Assembly (NCBI GenBank): GCA_040285825.1
Contig: JAUPSS010000007.1
Location: 2,268,689 to 2,332,688 of the forward strand
DNA: 64,000 bases
Direction of reading: 5' to 3'
Origin: Eukaryota sp. TZLM1-RC
Lineage: Eukaryota > Protista > Metamonada: BaSk clade
Shown: positions 58,076-64,000 of the stretch, piece after piece
Numbering within the stretch: the stretch's first letter is position 1
Layout: each line of letters begins with the position of its first letter
Notes under the pieces: model-generated
What the model was told of the DNA's origin: nothing
The model's database searches: none
What the model saw: the letters and a program-made list of their open reading frames with translations, nothing else
Position numbers and translations under genes: made by a program

Positions 58076-58205
58076 GTGTTTTTCCATGTATTGCGTACCT
58101 GTACGCGTATTGTGGTGTTGCTGCTGCAACTATCATTTGATCGTGATATCATATAGTTATAGAACTAAAGTAAGTTTAACGTTGATCAAGATTACATGAA
58201 ATTTC
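58076..58205 (+). ncRNA. putative Fanzor omegaRNA scaffold (type E)
   Basis: Directly after the stop. Closing stem CATGTA/TACATG encloses GCGTAC/GTACGC, GTTGC-TGCT-GCAAC, TTGATC/GATCAA and TAGTT-ATAG-AACTA. Confidence 0.65.
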
Positions 58206-58209
58206 TATT

Positions 58210-60385
58210 AATGCAAGGGATTATTTGAAGCCTTTTCAATTTGATATTAAAACCAATGAAGGTGCTTCTGTTGCTTCAATGTCTTCAGACCTTTTTTTCA
58301 TTAGTCAGCAACATCATTATATTTTCAATTTGGATTTTAACAATGCTTTTAGTTTCGTAAAGCGTGACTGTATTTATGAAGCGCTTTTTCAAGAAATTCC
58401 TGAACTTTCTGTTTATTTATATTTATTCAATGGAAATAAGTCGGACTTAAATTTTGACACCTTTACCCTTGAATTTTTTTCTAGTGTGAAACAAGATGAC
58501 CCTCTTGGCTCATTCTTTTTGTTTGGCTCAACATAATATTATTAAAATTACCCAAAAGGAATTCCCTGAATGAGGTATTGTTGCATAATTGGATGACATT
58601 CCTATTATCGGTTCTTCTGAAAGCATTTGTAGTGTTTCTGAAGGCATTGCAGCGAAATACAACGAAATTGGGTTAGCTTTAGATCCATCGAAATGTCTCT
58701 TGATTTGAAGAAAAAAACAAGCTTCATTGATTAATGGTGCTCAAATTCCTTTTATTTATTATGATTGTTGGCACCCTAAGGCTTATATGTTATGATTAGA
58801 AAATAAATCAACTTTTCCTCATTCACCTTTCCTCATTATTTTTATCTCAACCACTTTTGCAACCTACGGCATCATGACCAACAAGCGTTTAAATTTCTTG
58901 GATGTTGGCTTGGTAATGTGGATGAAATTTATTCCCAGTTAAACCATATATTGGAGAACTTTGACAAGGATCTTGGCTTTATTACTGCATGTGACATTGA
59001 AAACACATCAAATTTTTTGTTTTCAAAACTTGTTATTCTGGATAACAAACTCATATTTTAAGGTAAACTTTCCCCTCACTATCTCTTAATTTTTACAGAC
59101 ATTTCGACAAACTTTGGGTTTTTTCTTTATTAGAAGTAAATGAATCTTTGATTCGAAGTCATATATCTTGTTTTGCTGAGTTGGGTGGAATTGGTTTCAC
59201 CAAATCTTCAAATTTTTATGTGAAGCAGCATTTTTAGGAGGTGGTAATTTTCATGAATTTTTCCAAAGGTTCTCTTATGATGTTCATCTGATCCATTGTG
59301 AATTAAATTTTTACTTAAATCAACTTCAAACTGAATTAGAATATTTGCCCAGTGATATCTAGATTCAGTGTTTTCCTCAAAATATTCAAGAAATCCCCGA
59401 CCCATCATTGACAAATTTACGTTTTTGTTTTGAAAAATCTTCAGCACCAGGTGGTAAAATTATATGAAAGCTTGGATTATGAAGTAAGACTTGGTTTGGC
59501 CAAAACAGAAAATCCTGCTTTCAAAAAATTTCAAGTGACATTCGTAATAGTTCTGCTGCTGCTTTAGTTACTCAAATTCCCTCTGTTTATGGATTTCGTT
59601 GAAAAGACAATGGATGGCTTCTAAACATCCGTTTCGTGGTTTTCTTTGACCAAACAATTTGCCCAATTATTCAATATGTAAATGTTGTAAACCTCTTTTG
59701 TTTACTCATCTTTTGAACTGTAAACATTTCATTACATTTAGGAGCAAAGTAAATAATAACGTCAGGGACTAAATTTATGTAATGTGCAAATCATTTCGAG
59801 TAGATTCCTTTTTAGAGCCTTTGCTATCAAAGTTAAGTCTAAATGACCCTAATATTGATGGTACACGCTATAACAAAGCTTCTATGGGTCTGACAAGAGG
59901 TGATTTGGTTGATAACGGCTTAAGTGGAAGTTTTACTATTTTAGATGCCATGTCCATAGACCCTCGTAATTCTTCTAACAAACATTTCATTAATTGATAT
60001 GTCAAAAATCCTCTTCTTGCTGGAGAAAAATATAATATTACTAAATATGCGAAACTCATTTTCTCAGTTAATAAAAATTCTCATGTCCAATATAATTTAT
60101 GTTCCTCTGTTTTTTCTTTGCTTGGCTTTCCTGGAGGATTTTGTTGTAGTTGTAAAGGAAACAACTGGAAGAATTTTCAATCGTGTTTACTGGCAAAACA
60201 GGATTGTATTTTCTATTTTTAAGGGAATGGTGAAATTAATTTCTGATTCACTCTCTTTTTTTGGGAAATTTTCTGATTCTTTAGTGAATAATTGTTTTCA
60301 TGTAGGGGAGGCAGGTTTTGAGGATGTGGACTTTTAGTTGTGTATCTGATGATTTCTTATTCCTTGTTCGATAAATAAATTCAAA
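58210..60385 (+). mobile_element. degenerate RLE-2 non-LTR retrotransposon
   Basis: KPFQF, LDFNNAFS, KQDDPLG, FLGCWLG, RGDL...DAMSIDP, WQNRIVFSIFKG. Confidence 0.88.
58766..58874 (+). mobile_element. solo LTR related to the 27503-28922 element
   Basis: First about 60 nt match the reverse complement of the 92-bp LTR (tgttggcaccctaaggcttatatgttatgattagaaaataaatcaacttttcctcatt); TG...CA ends; TSD TGAT/TGAC. Confidence 0.8.
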
Positions 60386-60549
60386 TTATCGAAAAAAAGA
60401 TGACATGAAAAGTGCCAATTAAAGACCTCAGTATTTGTGTAGTAGATAGTTTTTGTAATTATTCGACACCAAAATTGATCGTGTATTTATGGGAATTTCC
60501 TGCAGAAAGATTCATTTCCCCAAACCGATTTCTTACGATATCTTTAACA

Positions 60550-61164
60550 ATGACGTCCTCTCTGGCAAGAGCTACTCGAGGACGAGTTCTCACTATATCT
60601 TACACTAACGCTCGTCATGACCGACATAATCACAAATCCTCCAGCAATGCATCCCACTGTGAAGTTGTTTCTCCCCACACTTTAAATAATGATGATTTTT
60701 CAGGATTTTTTTACACTTCTGGGAAGCCAGACAGGATACGTCCCACGTCTGCATCAACAACCTTTTTGAAAACGGTTCATCGAGTAGAAGATTCCACTCC
60801 TTCACCCCAAAATCGACCTGCTTCTGCAGCTGTTAGACCATCTTCAGCTAGTCCTCGAAAGCGACCATCTACGACTCAATCTGTGCGCTCTAGACCCCAC
60901 TCCGCTCAACTTGATCAAACAAACTCTTCCAAGACAAAGTCAACGAAAAGTCCTGCCGGTAGTATAAAAACAGCCACATGCTTAATAGGGCAACCCCCTT
61001 CATTATTGCACCGACCCAGAACTTCTCCCTTTTCTCCTGTCCGTACCAGTTCTACCTCGCCTGCTCGACCACCGTCAAGGACTCCAGAAATGAAGTTACC
61101 TCAAAGTAGGTTTCCTGATCATCAGCAAACTGAAGCAATTGCATCTCCTTTAGGCTATAGGTAG
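60550..61164 (+). CDS. hypothetical Ser/Pro/Arg-rich protein with RP(S/T/A/H)SA repeats
   Basis: Long ORF from MTSSLARATRG with RPTSA, RPASA, RPSSA and RPHSA motifs. Confidence 0.55.
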   Translation: MTSSLARATRGRVLTISYTNARHDRHNHKSSSNASHCEVVSPHTLNNDDFSGFFYTSGKPDRIRPTSASTTFLKTVHRVEDSTPSPQNRPASAAVRPSSASPRKRPSTTQSVRSRPHSAQLDQTNSSKTKSTKSPAGSIKTATCLIGQPPSLLHRPRTSPFSPVRTSSTSPARPPSRTPEMKLPQSRFPDHQQTEAIASPLGYR

Positions 61165-61946
61165 GTGGAATCATGTTTGTATCATAGTGTATTTTTTTGA
61201 ATTCGGCAGTTGTAAATTGTATTTTAATGTAAATAGGACCTTTTTTATTTTGTGTATTCTGTTGCATTAAGACAAAATAATATCATCCAAATACTTGAAT
61301 GATTATTGACATTGAATGAATGGTATTTCGGCAAAGGTGATCTTGTTTCTTTTCATATTATATAAGCCCAAGAAGAACAAAATTTCTTTTGTTTTTCCAC
61401 GAACTTGAAGGCATGCCTGATATGTCTTCTAGATAGTAGTGCTCTTGTGTCAAAAACGGGAAATAAGAAAAACGACTACCTCTAGAAGCTGTTTTACGTT
61501 TTTAGTGGCAGAAGTACTTGATTTACATTTAGGTGACATCAACGTTTAACAATAGTGAAGGAATAAATTATAGTAAATATTGATAATCAGTTTAACATAA
61601 AATGCGAACTTTATGGGTTCTGTTACGACGGTTGTTAACCTAAATACGAATTTTAAAATGAATATGATAACAAAGTCTCGTTAATTCTACTTTTACTTTT
61701 TTATTTATTTTTACTTGCGCTTGGCACTCCAGTCTCGCTTAGCCAACTATGAATCCCCAGAGGGATGTGAGGAATAAAATTGTTGAATGGGAAATCTATT
61801 TCAATTTGCAAAAATTCACAGAATTGAATAAAAGAGGAAAACTTAACTCAGGAGGTTGAAAGTTGGATGTGACTAGCTGTGACTATGTGTATTTTATTGG
61901 AAATCGGAATCTTGAAACAATTCAGATTATTTTTACTCTGTTTCCA

Positions 61947-63500
61947 ATGAATCGTTTGGTACTGCTTTTCGTGATCACTTTTACACTGGCTTTTGCCGAT
62001 GTTCTCTCAGATAATAACAAGTATATGGAGTCCATCCCTATCTACAAGGGAACTGTCAAAGCCAACAAACCCACGACTTTTTCTGCAAGTTGCTTTAAGT
62101 TAACTACTGTCAGCATGGTGCTTGGCCGTGATAGTGCCGAACTTAACATCCAGGCTTATGAACCTAAATCTTTCGTTTGTGCTGACTGGTTTTTAATCAG
62201 TGACGGTAAACATTTCAAGCTTAAGAGTGCCTTCAGAAAGGGCGATCACCGCATGTCCATCAAGCTTACTCCTGAGGAAGTTCAATCGGTTCGTTCTTCT
62301 GGCTTTTCTATCTTCCAAATCTCTCTCCATGTCATAGACTATATCAGAGACGTTGTTGAATTCTACAACATCATCAAACGAGAAGACCCACTCGCAATTA
62401 AGAAGCTCATTGAAGACCAAATGGGTTTTGTCTATGAAAACAGAAACGCTGACTGGATCGACCCAATTAAGGTTGAACCATTTATTCAAAGTGGTGATGG
62501 TTTGTTCAACTTCCCCATTTCTAAATGTAGTCATTGCTATGACCAAGTTCAACACTGTTGAGGCCTTCATTACCAGTGCTACTCTTTCCCGTGCTGGTCA
62601 CTCCGCTATGGCCCTCCGTGACCCAGATACTCGTGAACTCTTTATTGTTGAAAATCAGCCCGCTCCAAGGTATCGTCAACCTTTTTTTTCTCACTCCAGA
62701 AACGTTTTCCGAACTCCTTTCAAACAATGGATGGAGGAACTAACCAATGGAACCTTCGATAATTGTTTTGCTTCTCATTGTGCTGCCGTGTGGATGCCCT
62801 TGAGTGACAAGGCTAGAGCTGCCTTTGATGAACAAAAAGCCTGGGAGTACTTCTTGGTTGCCGAAAAACACTTCCCTTATTCGTATGTAATGTTTCTAGG
62901 ACTAACATTAGCGATTTCGCTGAAGCTTTCTCTGGAATTGACTCCACTGATCCCAACAGCTGGGCCCAACCTTTGTCTCCCAGTCTCTTGCCATTCATTG
63001 GTATCCTCGCTGACAGCTTCCTTCCTGACATGAGAGACGCTTACTTGCTCAGAGGGTTTGAAAAGCGTTTGAACCTCAAGGATGGACACTTTAAGACCTT
63101 TGCCCAGATTCTGGAATACTGCCACGAACATGACTTGGATATTGTTGAAATCGCCGCCATTCCTGAGCGTGACGAATGGATGTATGGCGGTCTTCCTTCT
63201 CTTCATTGTTCCTCATTAGTGTTCTCTATCCTCAAAGCTTCTGGTATGGTAGACGCCCTAACTGGAGGAAAGGGGGATATGATTCAAGCTACCGAAATGA
63301 CTCCTCGAGATATCTATCATTTGGGCATTTACAAGACTGGTCGCCCCTCAGTTTGTGATGTTGATGATCTCCCCTATTGTCAAATCTTGGGCAACTTTAA
63401 GGTTGAACTTCCTGGATTTAACAGTGTACCTTTGTATCCACATATGAATGAAAAGTGCTTCATCAATCCTGTATCTCCAAGAACACCTGAAAATTGTTAG
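61947..63500 (+). CDS. secreted protein with permuted papain-like (NlpC/P60-type) domain; three introns of 31, 30 and 29 nt
   Basis: Signal peptide MNRLVLLFVITFTLAFA; spliced frame gives QSGDVIAM...AGHSAMALRD (His) and later LHCSSLVFSILKASG...TEMTPRDIY (Cys). Introns 62500-62530, 62670-62699 and 62883-62911 join the three ORFs. Confidence 0.75.
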
Positions 63501-63618
63501 ATTTTAGTATTCTTTACGATGGCGCCCTGTAAATGATAAATATATTGCGTTGTGTGTTTATTTTATAACCATTCTATTTTCCATATTTAATTGAATAAAA
63601 ACATATACAAAATAAGAC

Positions 63619-63900
63619 CTACATTAAACTACATCCACAGCAAGAAGAGCAGCATCGCTTCTCCAATCTAGACTTTAACTCATCTCTTTCTTCTTCCAGT
63701 GATTCGCTATATTCTAACAACGACTTGTACATTTGTTCAGTTGGTCTTCCAGCAATGATATTAGAATGGCCAAACAAATGAAATTCAATTCCAGAGGAGA
63801 GGTAATGTAGGAAATCATCATGGTGATCAACATAAAAGAGCTCACAATAACCAAAGTCGCCACCGTTCCATAAATCGGGCAACCTAGAGGTCATTTCCAA
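63619..63900 (-). CDS. hypothetical protein (possibly the 3' part of a longer gene)
   Basis: 93-aa ORF ending in a Cys-rich tail with CSLM (CaaX-like). Confidence 0.4.
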   Translation of the reverse strand: MEMTSRLPDLWNGGDFGYCELFYVDHHDDFLHYLSSGIEFHLFGHSNIIAGRPTEQMYKSLLEYSESLEEERDELKSRLEKRCCSSCCGCSLM

Positions 63901-64000
63901 TGAATCAGCATGGGGAAAATTAAATTCAAGAAATAAAGAACCATATTGCTTTGGATCAATGTTGGATAAATCAGAAATAGATAAAGATACTGCCGATATC

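Overview
AT-rich, gene-dense eukaryotic (protist-like) DNA with very short GT-AG introns (28-35 nt) and the standard genetic code. The organism cannot be named from sequence alone; POC5-like and doublecortin genes suggest a centriole- or flagellum-bearing cell. Host genes include RPL14 and RPS28 head-to-head, RTF2, long-chain acyl-CoA synthetase, a POC5-like protein, a four-DCX protein, an RRM-SURP protein, a SPF27/BCAS2-like protein, a MOCOS-like PLP enzyme, an alpha/beta hydrolase, an SH3 protein and a permuted papain-like protein. They are interleaved with many mobile elements. The main result is six Fanzor (eukaryotic TnpB-derived RNA-guided RuvC nuclease) loci, here called A, B1, B2, C, D and E. 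Five belong to one diverged lineage of about 620-650 aa with no cognate transposase. Each of these five is followed immediately by a multibranched, hairpin-rich non-coding segment that looks like its omegaRNA (four sequence types). Locus C (44133->42280) keeps all three RuvC motifs and has only one in-frame TGA, at a position that is Trp in the paralogues. The window also holds about a dozen copies of at least six families of RLE-type (CRE/SLACS-like) non-LTR retrotransposons with 10-14 bp TSDs, a 1.4-kb miniature LTR element, two solo LTRs, a TA-flanked MITE and a hAT remnant, several of them nested inside the Fanzors.
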